Shown here piece by piece: positions 35,801 through 50,800 of a stretch of 64,000 nucleotides of DNA. The notes below the pieces were generated by a model. The model saw nothing but the letters and a program-made list of their open reading frames with translations. It was not told the origin of the DNA and did no database searches. The stretch is from Haplodiscus bocki. Taxonomy: Eukaryota. Each line of letters begins with the position of its first letter. The stretch's first letter is position 1. Both the position numbers and the translations under genes were made by a program. The DNA lies in contig OZ296649.1 in assembly GCA_965655095.1 (NCBI GenBank), positions 29,636,001 to 29,700,000 of the forward strand. The letters run 5' to 3'.

Positions 35801-38800
35801 GGTTTTTATATAAATTGATTTTCGTGGTCAAATCCACCGTAGCTTCCCTCCGAACTCTGCTTGCGTCACGTGGTCTTACCATACTTTACGACTTCTATTC
35901 TTTTTCAGTTTTCTGACACAGAATTGATGAATTTGTTGTTTCAGGTCTTCTCTTCCAGATGCGTCTTGCGCTGCTGATGCCAATTGTGGATCCGTTTTCT
36001 TCCTGTTGGAGCCACAAACCGGTTATCTCCTTCGCCTGTACCCTCAAACCGAAACCTTTGGCGTGTGGCCAGCTTTCGGTTCCCAGGAGCAGTCCTTTGT
36101 GCCGATGTCAACAATCTAAAACCCACCGGATCCGATGACTTCCTTCGCTGTTAATAAAGAGCGAATGATATTCAGATGCGTCTCTTGTCCGCTTCGCGCA
36201 TCCTTCCTCTAGTAATGCCGGATTCTCGGCATTTTGCGAGTCTAACCTCTCCTATACCGACCCGATCCGTCTCATGTTTTACCGACTCGACTGTTCACCG
36301 TGAATTTGTTGCCCTTTTCAAGGATACCGATAAACTTGATTCCTTTCGAATTACTCTTGCCGCTGAAGTGAGCGCTTTTTCCGCCTCCAAAGAACAATTT
36401 CCATCGCCTTGGGGAAATTTTGGCGCTGACGATGAAAAAACTAGAGTTGAAGGTTATTGACAACACCATACTTGAACGGAATGCCAAGTTCCTTAAAGCA
36501 ATTCTTACTGATCTCCGACAAGATATTGACATTGAGGGTCTTGAAACCGATCGAAGCTGAGTTCACAGTTCCTTTGTACCACAGTTCCCGGATTTCTTGA
36601 TAACAAAATTCCATGATTAGGTTCCTTCATGGCATACCGACAAGCATCCACACTTCTACCTCCACTTAGCTCAATGAAGTTCTATCAAAATTTGTCTCAC
36701 AATCGCAGCCGGCGAACATGGAATTGCTGTTCCATTAGTGCAGTTAACCGAAGCAGTTAAGGTTATTTCTGTCGCCTTTGCAAGCCCCGCCCCTAATACG
36801 AGTTGTGTGATCATCATTGGAACTAAAATGGTGGAAGGACCCACTTCCTTGGAAGAGGGCATTTTGGAACGGACTTATTTTAAAACAATTTTTTCATCAC
36901 CTGTACAATTGTACGCACATCTATACGAATTACTTTTTTTATGCAATTGCAGTAATAGTTCAATCCCTTGATGCAAAAAGACGACTGGGAATACGCCTGA
37001 AATCAAAAAGTGTATATCTTTCTTTCAATTTGTCCCAACACGCTTTCACCTTTCTTCGTTCCCAATGAGTATTAGACTAAACGCACGTGACTTGTAACCT
37101 GTGCTCACCTGAATCGATTTGCAGTTTTAGAATAACATCATACTGATTTTTTTTCTTTGCAACTCATCCCCTATTTTAGCTGCCAATCCTTGTGCACCAA
37201 ACTAGACCCGTAAGCGCCTTACCGACAAATATCTTGCTTTCTGGATTTTCTCCACTTATCATACGAGCAGAAAACATCAACACTATAAACATGGCAACGA
37301 TGTTTGGGTTTTTCTTCGTCAAGTTGATCCATTTTTGCTTTTTTACGTAATTTTGATGACAAAGTCAAACGTTTTAAGACGAATTTTTGCCAACTTTACG
37401 TGAAAGAAATGGCTTCCTCGCATGTGGACGTTGCGCTACGTTATAAGCCTATTGGATGCGACAAGATGATCGAATTTGGTTAAATCTTCGTTCAGTAAGG
37501 AATCCTCGTTGTATGGTCTTTCAACCAGGTGAGTACCCCTTGTATCTTGTATCCTCAATAAAAAAGCAGAAGGCGGAAGAAGTCGTTTCTTTAAAGAAAA
37601 TTGAAGGAGTTTGGCCCTGGTAAAACGTTCGGGTCGAGGACAGAGTATAGTGTGTTTAGTTTTTTTTAAAAAAATAGTAACAAAATACTTCTCCGTTTAT
37701 ACCATTTAGTTTTGGAACCAGTGCTTGCATGAAAAAGTTCAGTTTGTTTTCTCTGTTAAGAAAGTTACGTCGTAAACCCCTCGTTTCCTGTTGGTTTTTA
37801 AATAAATCGATTTTCGTGGTTAAATCCACCGTAGCTTTCGCTTTCCTTCGAACTCTGCTGACGTCACGTGGTCTTACCATACTTTACGACTTCTATTCTT
37901 TTTCAGTTTTCTGACACAGAATTGATGAATTTGTTGTTTCAGGTCTTCTCCTCCAGGTGCGTCTTGCGCTGCTGATGCTAATTGTGGATCCGTTTTCTTC
38001 CTGTCGGAGCCACAAACCGGTTATCTGTTTCGCCTGTACCCTCAAACTGAAACCCTTTGCGTGTGCGCAGCTTTCGGTTCCCAGGAGCAGTCCTTTGTGC
38101 CGATGTCAACAATCTAAAACCCACCGGATCCGATGACTTCCTTCGCTGTTAATAAAGAGCGAATGAAATTCAGATGCGTCTCTTGTCCGCTTCGCGCATC
38201 CTTCCTCTAGTAATGCCGGATTCTCGGCATTTTGCGAGTCTAACCTCTCCTTTACCGACCCAATCCGTCTCATGTTTTACCGACTCGACTGTTGACCGTG
38301 AATTTGCTGCCCTTCTTAAGGATACCGATTAACTGGATTCCTTTCGAATTACTCTTGCTGCTGAAATGAGCGCTTTCTCCGCCTCCAAAAAACAAATTCC
38401 ATCGCCTTCGTGAAATTTTGGCGATGACGATGAAAAAACTAGAGATGAAGGTTATTGACAACACCATACTTGAACGGAATGCCAAGTTCCTTAAAGCAAT
38501 TCTTTCTGATCTTCGACAAGATATTGACATTGAGGGTCTTGAAACCGATCGAAGCTGAGTTTCACAGTTCCTTTGTACCACAGTTCCCGGATTTCTTGAT
38601 AACAAAATTCCATGATTAGGTTCCTTCATGGCATACCGACAAGCATCCACACTTCTACCTCCACTTAGCTCAATGGCTGAATGAAGTTCTATCAAAGTTT
38701 GTCTGACAATCGCAGCCGGCGAACATGGAATTGCTGTGCCATTAGTGCAGTTAACCGAAGCAATTAAGGTTATTTCTGTCGCCTTTGCAAGCCCCGCCCC

Positions 38801-41800
38801 TAATACGAGTTGTGTGATCATTATTGGAACTAAAATGGTGCAAGGACCCATTTCCTTGAAAGAGGGCATTTTGAAACGGAATTATTTTAAAACAATTTTT
38901 TCATCACCTGTACAATTGTACGCACATCTATACGAATTACTTTTTTATGCAATTGCAGTAATAGTTCAATCCCTTGATGCAAAATAACGACTGGGAATAC
39001 GCCTCAAATCAAAAAGTATGTATCTTTCTTTTAATTTGTCCCAACACGCTTTCATCACCTTTCTTCGTTCCCACTGGTAATAGACTAAACGCACGTGACT
39101 TGTCACATGTGCTTACCTGAGTCGATTTGCAGTTTTAGAATAACATCGTATTGAATTTTGTTTTTTTTTTGCAACTCTGCCAATCCTTGTGCACCAAACT
39201 AGACCCGTAAGCGCCTTACCGACAAATATCTTGCTTTCTAGATTTTCTCCACTTATCATACGAGCAGAAAACATCAACATTATAAACATTGCAACGATGT
39301 TTGGGTTTTTCTTCGTCAAGTTGATCCATTTTTGCTTTTTTACGTAATTTTGATGACAAAGTCAAACGTTTTAAGACGAATTTTTGCCAACTTTACGTGA
39401 AAGAAATGGCTTCCTCGCATGTGGACGTTGCGCTACGTTATAAGCCTATTGGATCCGACAAGATGATCGAATTTGGTTAAATCTTCGTTCAGTAAGGAAT
39501 CCTCGTTGTATGGTCTTTCAACCAGGTGAGTACCCCTTGTATCTTGTATCCTCAATAAAAAAGCAGAAGGCGGAAGAAGTCGTTTCTTTAAAGAAAATTG
39601 AAGGAGTTTGGCCCTGGTAAAACGTTCGGGTCGAGGACAGAGTATAGTGTGTTTAGTTTTTTTTAAAAAAATAGTAACAAAATACTTCTCCGTTTATACC
39701 ATTTAGTTTTGGAACCAGTGCTTCCATGAAAAAGTTCAGTTTGTTTTCTCTGTTAAGAAAGTTACGTCGTAAACCCCTCGTTTCCTGTTGGTTTTTAAAT
39801 AAATCGATTTTCGTGGTTAAATCCACCGTAGCTTTCGCTTTCCTTCGAACTCTGCTGACGTCACGTGGTCTTACCATACTTTACGACTTCTATTCTTTTT
39901 CAGTTTTCTGACACAGAATTGATGAATTTGTTGTTTCAGGTCTTCTCCTCCAGGTGCGTCTTGCGCTGCTGATGCTAATTGTGGATCCGTTTTCTTCCTG
40001 TCGGAGCCACAAACCGGTTATCTGTTTCGCCTGTACCCTCAAACTGAAACCCTTTGCGTGTGCGCAGCTTTCGGTTCCCAGGAGCAGTCCTTTGTGCCGA
40101 TGTCAACAATCTAAAACCCACCGGATCCGATGACTTCCTTCGCTGTTAATAAAGAGCGAATGATATTCAGATGCGTCTCTTGTCCGCTTCGCGCATCCTT
40201 CCTCTAGTAATGCCGGATTCTCGGCATTTTGCGAGTCTAACCTCTCCTTTACCGACCCAATCCGTCTCATGTTTTACCGACTCGACTGTTGACCGTGAAT
40301 TTGCTGCCCTTCTTAAGGATACCGATTAACTGGATTCCTTTCGAATTACTCTTGCTGCTGAAATGAGCGCTTTCTCCGCCTCCAAAAAACAAATTCCATC
40401 GCCTTCGTGAAATTTTGGCGATGACGATGAAAAAACTAGAGATGAAGGTTATTGACAACACCATACTTGAACGGAATGCCAAGTTCCTTAAAGCAATTCT
40501 TTCTGATCTTCGACAAGATATTGACATTGAGGGTCTTGAAACCGATCGAAGCTGAGTTTCACAGTTCCTTTGTACCACAGTTCCCGGATTTCTTGATAAC
40601 AAAATTCCATGATTAGGTTCCTTCATGGCATACCGACAAGCATCCACACTTCTACCTCCACTTAGCTCAATGGCTGAATGAAGTTCTATCAAAGTTTGTC
40701 TGACAATCGCAGCCGGCGAACATGGAATTGCTGTGCCATTAGTGCAGTTAACCGAAGCAATTAAGGTTATTTCTGTCGCCTTTGCAAGCCCCGCCCCTAA
40801 TACGAGTTGTGTGATCATTATTGGAACTAAAATGGTGCAAGGACCCATTTCCTTGAAAGAGGGCATTTTGAAACGGAATTATTTTAAAACAATTTTTTCA
40901 TCACCTGTACAATTGTACGCACATCTATACGAATTACTTTTTTATGCAATTGCAGTAATAGTTCAATCCCTTGATGCAAAATAACGACTGGGAATACGCC
41001 TCAAATCAAAAAGTATGTATCTTTCTTTTAATTTGTCCCAACACGCTTTCATCACCTTTCTTCGTTCCCACTGAGTAATAGACTAAACGCACGTGACTTG
41101 TCACATGTGCTTACCTGAGTCGATTTGCAGTTTTAGAATAACATCGTATTGAATTTTTTTTTTTGCAACTCTGCCAATCCTTGTGCACCAAACTAGACCC
41201 GTAAGCGCCTTACCGACAAATATCTTGCTTTCTGGATTTTCTCCACTTATCATACGAGCAGAAAACATCAACACTATAAACATTGCAACGATGTTTGGGT
41301 TTTTCTTCGTCAAGTGGATCCATTTTTGCTTTTTTACGTAATTTTCATGACAAAATCGAACGTTTTAAGACGAATTTTTGCCAACTTCACCTGAAAGAAA
41401 TGGCTTCCTCGCATGTGGACGTTGCGCTACGTTATAAGCCTACTGGATCCGACAAGATGATCGAATTTGGTTAAATCTTCGTTCAGTAGGGAATCCTCGT
41501 TGTATGGTCTTTCAACCAGGTGAGTACCCCTTGTATCTTGTATCCTCAATAAAAAAGCAGAAGGCGGAAGAAGTCGTTTCTTTAAAGAAAATTGAAGGAG
41601 TTTGGCCCTGGTAAAACGTTCGGGTCGAGGACAGAGTATAGTGTGTTTAGTTTTTTTTTAAAAAATAGTAACAAAATACTTCTCCGTTTATACCATTTAG
41701 TTTTGGAACCAGTGCTTCCATGAAAAAGTTCAGTTTGTTTTCTCTGTTAAGAAAGTTACGTCGTAAACCCCTCGTTTCCTGTTGGTTTTTAAATAAATCG

Positions 41801-44800
41801 ATTTTCGTGGTTAAATCCACCGTAGCTTTCGCTTTCCTTCGAACTCTGCTGACGTCACGTGGTCTTACCATACTTTACGACTTCTATTCTTTTTCAGTTT
41901 TCTGACACAGAATTGATGAATTTGTTGTTTCAGGTCTTCTCCTCCAGGTGCGTCTTGCGCTGCTGATGCTAATTGTGGATCCGTTTTCTTCCTGTCGGAG
42001 CCACAAACCGGTTATCTGTTTCGCCTGTACCCTCAAACTGAAACCCTTTGCGTTGCGCAGCTTTCGGTTCCCAGGAGCAGTCCTTCGTGCCGATGTCAAC
42101 AATCTAAAACCCACCGGATCCGATGACTTCCTTCGCTGTTAATAAAGAGCGAATGAAATTCAGATGCGTCTCTTGTCCGCTTCGCGCATCCTTCCTCTAG
42201 TAATGCCGGATTCTCGGCATTTTGCGAGTCTAACCTCTCCTTTACCGACCCAATCCGTCTCATGTTTTACCGACTCGACTGTTGACCGTGAATTTGCTGC
42301 CCTTCTTAAGGATACCGATAAACTGGATTCCTTTCGAATTACTCTTGCTGCTGAAATGAGCGCTTTCTCCGCCTCCAAAAAACAAATTCCATCGCCTTCG
42401 TGAAATTTTGGCGATGACGATGAAAAAACTAGAGATGAAGGTTATTGACAATACCATACTTGAACGGAATGCCAAGTTCCTTAAAGCAATTCTTTCTGAT
42501 CTTCGACAAGATATTGACATTGAGGGTCTTGAAACCGATCGAAGCTGAGTTTCACAGTTCCTTTGTACCACAGTTCCCGGATTTCTTGATAACAAAATTC
42601 CATGATTAGGTTCCTTCATGCCATACCGACAAGCATCCACAGTTCTACCTCCACATAGCTCAACGGCTCAATGAAGTTCTATCAAAGTTTGTCTGACAAT
42701 CGCAGCTGGCGAAGATGGAATTGCTGTGCCATTAGTGTAGTTAACCGAAGCAATTAAGGTTATTTCTGTCGCCTTTGCAAGCCCCGCCCCTAATACGAGT
42801 TGTGTGATCATTATTGGAACTAAAATGGTGCAAGGACCCATTTCCTTGAAAGAGGGCATTTTGGAACGGACTTATTTTGAAACATTTGTTTCATCACCTG
42901 TACAATTGTACGCACATCTATATGAATTACTTTTTTTATGCAATTGCAGTAATAGTTCAATCCCTTGATGCAAAGTGACGACTGGGAGTACGACTGAAAT
43001 CAAAAAGTGTATGTCTTTCTTTCAATTTGTCCCAACACGCTTTCATCACCTTTCTTCGTTCCCAATGAGTAATAGACTGAACGCACGTGACTTGTAACCT
43101 GTGCTCACCTGAATCGATTTGCAGTTTTAGAATAACATCGTATTGAATTTTTTTCTTTGCAACTCTGCCAATCCTTGTGCACCAAACTAGACCCGTAAGC
43201 GCCTTACCGACAAATATCTTGCTTTCTAGATTTTCTCCACTTATCATACGAGCAGAAAACATCAACATTATAAACATTGCAACGATGTTTGGGTTTTTCT
43301 TCGTCAAGTTGATCCATTTTTGCTTTTTTACGTGATTTTGATGACAAAATCAAACGTTTTAAGACGAATTTTTGCCAACTTTACCTGAAAGAAATGGCTT
43401 CCTCGCATGTGGACGTTGCGCTACGTTATAAGCCCACTGGATCCGACAAGATGATCGAATTTGGTTAAATCTTCGTTCAGTAAGGAATCCTCGTTGTATG
43501 GTCTTTCAACCAGGTGAGTACCCCTTGTATCTTGTATCCTCAATAAAAAAGCAGAAGGCGGAAGAAGTCGTTTCTTCAAAGAAAATTGAAGGAGTTTGGC
43601 CCTGGTAAAACGTTCGGGTCGAGGATAGAGTATAGTGTGTTTAGTTTTTTTGAAAAAATAGTAACAAAGTACTTCTCCGTTTATACCATTTAGTTTTGGA
43701 ACCAGTGCTTCCATGAAAAAGTTCAGTTTGTTTTCTCTGTCAAGAAAGTTACGTCGTAAACCCCTCGTTTCCTGTTGGTTTTTAAATAAATCGATTTTCG
43801 TGGTTAAATCCACCGTAGCTTTCGCTTTCCTCCGAACTCTGCTGACGTCACGTGGTCTTACCATACTTTACGACTTCTATTCTTTTTCAGTTTCCTAACA
43901 CAGAATTGATGATTTTGTTGTTTCAGGTCTTCTCCTCCAGGTGCGTCTTGCGCTGCTGATGCTAATTGTGGATCCGTTTTCTTCCTGTACGAGCCACAAA
44001 CCGGTTATCTCCTTCGCCTGTACCCTCAAACTGAAACCCTTTGCGTGTGCCCAGCTTTCGGTTCCCAGGAGCAGTCGTTTGTGCCGATGTCAACAATCTA
44101 AAACCCACCGGATCCGATGACTTCCTTCGCTGTTAATAAAGAGCGAATGAAATTCAGATGCGTCTCTTGTCCGCTTCGCGCATCCTTCCTCTAGTAATGC
44201 CGGATTCTCGGCATTTTGCGAGTCTAACCTCTCCTTTACCGACCCAATCCGTCTCATGTTTTACCGACTCGACTGTTGACCGTGAATTTGCTGCCCTTCT
44301 TAAGGATACCGATAAACTGGATTCCTTTCGAATTACTCTTGCTGCTGAAATGAGCGCTTTCTCCGCCTCCAAAAAACAAATTCCATCGCCTTCGTGAAAT
44401 TTTGGCGATGACGATGAAAAAACTAGAGATGAAGGTTATTGACAACACCATACTTGAACGGAATGCCAAGTTCCTTAAAGCAATTCTTACTGATCTTCGA
44501 CAAGATATTGACATTGAGGGTCTTGAAACCGATCGAAGCTGAGTTCACAGTTCCTTTGTACCACAGTTCCCGGATTTCTTGATAACAAAATTCCATGATT
44601 AGGTTCCTTCATGGCATACCGACAAGCATCCACACTTCTACCTCCACTTAGCTCAATGGCTCAATGAAGTTCTATCAAAATTTGTCTGACAATCGCAGCC
44701 GGCGAACATGGAATTGCTTTGCCATTAGTGCAGTTAACCGAAGCAATTAAGGTTATTTCTGTCGCCTTTGCAAGCCCCGCCCCTAATACGAGTTGTGTGA

Positions 44801-47800
44801 TCATTATTGGAACTAAAATGGTGCAAGGACCCATTTCCTTGAAAGAGGGCATTTTGAAACGGACTTATTTTAAAACAATTTTTTCATCACGTCTACAATT
44901 GTACGCACATCTATACGAATTACTTTTTTATGCAATTGCAGTAATAGTTCAATCCCTTGATGCAAAATGACGAATAGGAATACGCCTGAAATCAAAAAGT
45001 GTGTATCTTTCTTTCAATTTGTCCCAACACGCTTTCATCACCTTTCTTCGTTCCCAATGAGTAATAGACTAAAAGCTCGTGACTTGTAACCTGTGCTCAC
45101 CTGAATCGATTTGCAGTTTCAGAATACCTTCGTATTGAAGTTTTTTCTTTGCAAATCTGCCAATCCTTGTGCACCAAACTAGACCCGTAAGCGCCTTACC
45201 GACAAATATCTTGCTTTCTGGATTTTCTCCACTTATCATACGAGCAGAAAACATCAACACTATAAACATGGCAACGATGTTTGGGTTTTTCTTCGTCAAG
45301 TTGATCCATTTTTGCTTTTTTACGTAATTTTGATGACAAAATCAAACGTTTTAAGACGAATTTTTGCCAACTTCACCTGAAAGAAATGGCTTCCTCGCAT
45401 GTGGACGTTGCGCTACGTTATAAGCCTATTGGATCCGACAAGATGATCGAATTTGGTTAAATCTTCGTTCAGTAAGTAATCCTCGTTGTATGGTCTTTCA
45501 ACCAGGAGAGTACCCCTTGTATCTTGTATCCTCAAGAAAAAAGCAGAAGGCGGAAGAAGTCGTTTCTTTAAAGAAAATTGAAGGAGTTTGGCCCTGGTAA
45601 AACGTTCGGGTCGAGGATAGAGTATAGTGTGTTTAGTTTTTTTAAAAAAATAGTAACAAAGTACTTCTCCGTTTATACCATTTAGTTTTGGAACCAGTGC
45701 TTCCATGAAAAAGTTCAGTTTGTTTTCTCTGTTAAGAAAGTTACGTCGTGAACCCCTCGTTTCCTGTTGGTTTTTAAATAAATCGATTTTCGTGGTTAAA
45801 TCCACCGTAGCTTTCCTCCGAATTCTGCTGACGTCACGTGGTCTTACCAAACGTTACGACTTCTATTCTTTTTCAGTCTCCTCACACAGAATTGATGATT
45901 TTGTTGTTTCAGGTCTTCTCCTCCAGGTGCGTCTTGCGCTGCTGATGCTAATTGTGGATCCGTTTTCTTCCTGTTGGAGCCACAAACCGGTTATCTCCTT
46001 CGCCTGTACCCTCAAACTGAAACCCTTTGCGTGTGCCCAGCTTTCGGTTCCCAGGAGCAGTCGTTTGTGCCGATGTCAACAATCTAAAACCCACCGGATC
46101 CGATGAATTCCTTCGCTGTTAATAAAGAGCGAATGAAATTCAGATGCGTCTCTTGTCCGCTTCGCGCATCCTTCCTCTAGTAATGCCGGATTCTCGGCAT
46201 TTTGCGAGTCTAACCTCTCCTTTACCGACCCAATCCGTCTCATGTTTTACCGACTCGACTGTTGACCGTGAATTTGCTGCCCTTCTTAAGGATACCGATA
46301 AACTGCGTTCCTTTCGAATTACTCCTGCTGCTGAAATGAGCGCTTTCTCCGCGTCCAAAAAACAAATTCCATCGCCTTCGTGAAATTTTGGCGATGACGA
46401 TGAAAAAACTAGAGATGAAGGTTATTGACAACACCATACTTGAACGGAATGCCAAGTTCCTTAAAGCAATTCTTACTGATCTTCGACAAGATATTGACAT
46501 TGAGGGTCTTGAAACCGATCGAAGCTGAGTTTCACAGTTCCTTTGTACCACAGTTCCCGGATTTCTTGATAACAAAATTTCATGATTAGGTTCCTTCATG
46601 GCATACCGACAAGCATCCACACTTCTACCTCCACTTAGCTCAATGGCTCAATGAAGTTCTATCAAAATTTGTCTGACAATCGCAGCCCGCGAACATGGAA
46701 TTGCTGTGCCATTAGTGCAGTTAACCGAAGCAATTAAGGTTATTTCTGTCGCCTTTGCAAGCCCCGCCCCTAATACGAGTTGTGTGATCATTATTGGAAC
46801 TAAAATGGTGCAAGGACCCATTTCCTTGAAAGAGGGCATTTTGGAACGGACTTATTTTAAAACATGTTTTTCATCACCTGTACAATTGTACGCACATCTA
46901 TACGAATTACTTTTTTTATGCAATTGCAGTAATAGTTCAATCCCTTGATGCAAAATGACGACTGGGAATACGCCTGAAATCAAAAAGTGTATATCTTTCT
47001 TTCAATTTGTCCCAACACGCTTTCATCACCTTTCTTCGTTCCCAATGAGTAATAGACTAAACGCACGTGACTTGTAACCTGTGCTCACCTAAATCGATTT
47101 GCAGTTTTAGAATAACATCGTATTGAATTTTTTTTGCAACTCTGCCAATCCTTGTGCACCAAACTAGACCCGTTGCGCCTTACCGACAAATATCTTGCTT
47201 TCTGGATTTCCTCCACTTATCATACGAGCAGAAAACATCAACACTATAAACATTGCAACAATGTTTGGGTTTTTCTTCGTCAAGTTGATCCATTTTTGCT
47301 TTTTTACGTAATTTCGATGACAAAATCAAACGTTTTAAGACGAATTTTTGCCAACTTTACCTGAAAGAAATGGCTTCCTCGCATGTGGACGTTGCGCTAC
47401 GTTATAAGCCTATTGGATCCGACAAGATGATCGAATTTGGTTAAATCTTCGTTCAGTAAGGAATCCTCGTTGTATGGTCTTTCAACCAGGTGAGTACCCC
47501 TTGTATCTTGTATCCTCAATAAAAAAGCAGGCGGAAGAAGTCGTTTCTTTAAAGAAAATTGAAGGAGTTTGGCCCTGGTAAAACGTTCGGGTCGAGGATA
47601 GAGTATAGTGTGTTTAGTTTTTTTAAAAAAATAGTAACAAAGTACTTCTCCGTTTATACCATTTAGTTTTGGAACCAGTGCTTCCATGAAAAAGTTCAGT
47701 TTGTTTTCTCTGTTAAGAAAGTTACGTCGTGAACCCCTCGTTTCCTGTTGGTTTTTAAATAAATCGATTTTCGTGGTTAAATCCACCGTAGCTTTCCTCC

Positions 47801-50800
47801 GAATTCTGCTGACGTCACGTGGTCTTACCAAACGTTACGATTTCTATTCTTTTTCATTTTTCTGACACAGAATTGATGAATTTGTTGTTTCAGGTCTTCT
47901 CTTCCAGGTGTGTCTTGCGTTGCTGATGCTGATTGGGGATCCGTTTTCGTCCTGTTGGAGCCACAAACCGGTTATCTTCTTCGCCTGTACCCTCAAACTG
48001 AAACCCTTCGCGTGTGCCCAGCTTTCGGTTCCCAGGAGCAGTCCTTTGTGCCGATGTCAACAATCTGTATCCCACCGGATCCGATGACTTCCTTCGCTGT
48101 TAATACATAGCGAATGAAAATCAGATGCGTCTCTTGTCCGCTTCGCCCATCCTTCCTTTAGTAATGCCGGATAATCGGCATTTTGCGAGGCTAACCTCTC
48201 CTATACCGACCCGATCCGTCTCATGTTTTACCGACTCGACTGTTGACCGTGAATTTGTTGCCCTTCTCAAGGATACCGATAAACTGGATTCCTTTCGAAT
48301 TTTTCTTGGCGCTGAAGTGAGCGTTTTCTCCACCTCCAAAAAACAAATTCCACCGGCTTCGGGAAATTTTGGAGATGACGATGAGAAATCTAGAGATGAA
48401 GGTTATTGACAACACCATACTTGAACGGAATACCAATGTCCCTAAAGGAATTCTTACTGATCTTCGACAAGATATTGACATTGAGGGTCTTGAAGCCGAT
48501 CGTGGCTGGGTTTCAATGATCCATGACCTTGTGGCACCTTTGTACCACAGTTCCCAGATTTCCTGATAAAGTATACCCCTCAGCTGTCTTCTACAAGCGT
48601 TTAGGTTGCAGCCGATATTCCTCCTTGCCGACGCTCAACAAAATTCCATATTTTGATTCCTTCATGCCATACCGACAGGCATCCACACTTCTACCTCCAC
48701 TTAGCTCAATGGCTCAATGAAGTTCTATCAAAGTTTGTCTGACAATCGCAGCCGGCGAACATGGAATTGCTGTGCCATTAGTGCAGTTAACCGAAGCGAT
48801 TAAGGTTATTTCTGTCGCCTTTGCAAGCCCCGCCCCTAATACGAGTTGTGTGATCATTATTGGAACTAAAATGGTGCAAGGACCCATTTCCTTGAAAGAG
48901 GGCATTTTGGAACGGACTTATTTTAAAACAATTTTTTCATCACCTGTACAATTGTACGCACATCTATACGAATTACTTTTTTTATGCAATTGCAGTAATA
49001 GTTCAATCCCTTGATGCAAAATGACGACTGGGATTACGCCTGAAATCAAAAAGTGTATATCTTTCTTTCAATTTGTCCCAACACGCTTTCATCACCTTTC
49101 TTCGTTCCCAATGAGTAATAGACTGAACGCACGTGACTTGTAACCTGTGCTCACCTGAATCGATTTGCAGTTTTAGAATAACATCATACTGATTTTTTTT
49201 CTTTGCAACTCATCCCCTATTTTAGCTGCCAATCCTTGTGCACCAGACTAGACCCGTAAGCGCCTTACCGACAAATATCTTGCTTTCTGGATTTTCTCCA
49301 CTTATCATACGAGCAGAAAACATCAACACTATAAACATTGCAACGATGTTTGGGTTTTTCTTCGTGAAGTTGATCCATTTTTGCTTTTTTACGTAATTTT
49401 GATGACAAAATCAAACGTTTTAAGACGAATTTTTGCCAACTTCACCTGAAAGAAATGGCTTCCTCGCATGTGGACGTTGCGCTACGTTATAAGCCTATTG
49501 GATCCGACAAGATGATCGAATTTGGTTAAATCTTCGTTCAGTAAGGAATCCTCGTTGTATGGTCTTTCAACCAGGTGAGTACCCCTTGTATCTTGTATCC
49601 TCAATAAAAAAGCAGAAGGCGGAAGAAGTCGTTTCTTTAAAGAAAATTGAAGGAGTTTGGCCCTGGTAAAACGTTCGGGTCGAGGATAGAGTATAGTGTG
49701 TTTAGTTTTTTTAAAAAAATAGTAACAAAGTACTTCTCCGTTTATACCATTTAGTTTTGGAGCCAGTGCTTCCATGAAAAAGTTCAGTTTGTTTTCTCTG
49801 TTAAGAAAGTTACGTCGTGAACCCCTCGTTTCCTGTTGGTTTTTAAATAAATCGATTTTCGTGGTTAAATCCACCGTAGTTTTCCTCCGAATTCTGCTGA
49901 CGTCACGTGGTCTCACCAAACGTTACGATTTCTATTCTTTTTCATTTTTCTGACGCAGAATTGATAAATTTGTTGTTTCAGTTCTTCTCTTCCAGGTGTG
50001 TCTTGCGTTGCTGATGCTGATTGGGGATCCGTTTTCTTCCTGTTGGAGCCACAAACCGGTTATCTCCTTCGCCTGTACCCTCAAACTGAAACCCTTCGCG
50101 TGTGCCCAGCTTTCGGTTCCCAGGAGCAGTCCTTTGTGCCGATGTCAACAATCTGTATCCCACCGGATCCGATGACTTCCTTCGCTGTTAATACATAGCG
50201 AATGAAAATCAGATGCGTCTCTTGTCCGCTTCGCCCATCCTTCCTTTAGTAATGCCGGATAATCGGCATTTTGCGAGGCTAACCTCTCCTATACCGACCC
50301 GATCCGTCTCATGTTTTACCGACTCTACTGTTGACCGTGAATTTGTTGCCCTTCTCAAGGATACCGATAAACTGGATTCCTTTCGAATTTTTCTTGGCGC
50401 TGAAGTGAGCGCTTTCTCCGCCTCCAAAAAACAACTTCCACCGCCTCCGGGGAATTTTGGAGATGACGATGAGAAATCTAGAGATGAAGGTTATTGACAA
50501 CACCATACTTGAACGGATTACCAATGTCCCTAAAGCAATTCTTACTGATCTTCGACAAGATATTGACATTGAGGGTCTTGAAGCCGATCGTGGCTGGGTT
50601 TCAATGATCCATGACCTTGTGGCACCTTTGTACCACAGTTCCCGGATTTCCTGATAAAGTATACCCCTCAGCTGTCTTCTACAAGCGTTTAGGTTGCAGC
50701 CGATATTCCTTGCCGACGCTCAACAAAATTCCATATTTTGATTCCTTCATGCCATACCGACAGGCATCCACACTTCTACCTCCACATGGCTCAACGGCTC

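Noticed and set aside
36222-36250. ttctcggcattttgcgagtctaa resembles the U2 snRNA 5' end, suggesting an snRNA tandem array
   Set aside because: The branch-point recognition sequence (GTGTAGTA) and the rest of U2 are absent. I also recognised no 5S rRNA, tRNA or histone sequence in the monomer.
38270-38869. 199-aa minus-strand ORF (also 40267-40866) and the ~145-aa MVRPRD ORFs as functional tandem genes
   Set aside because: They are open only in some copies through chance indels or stop loss; the 199-aa frame depends on the derived deletion; no known motif.
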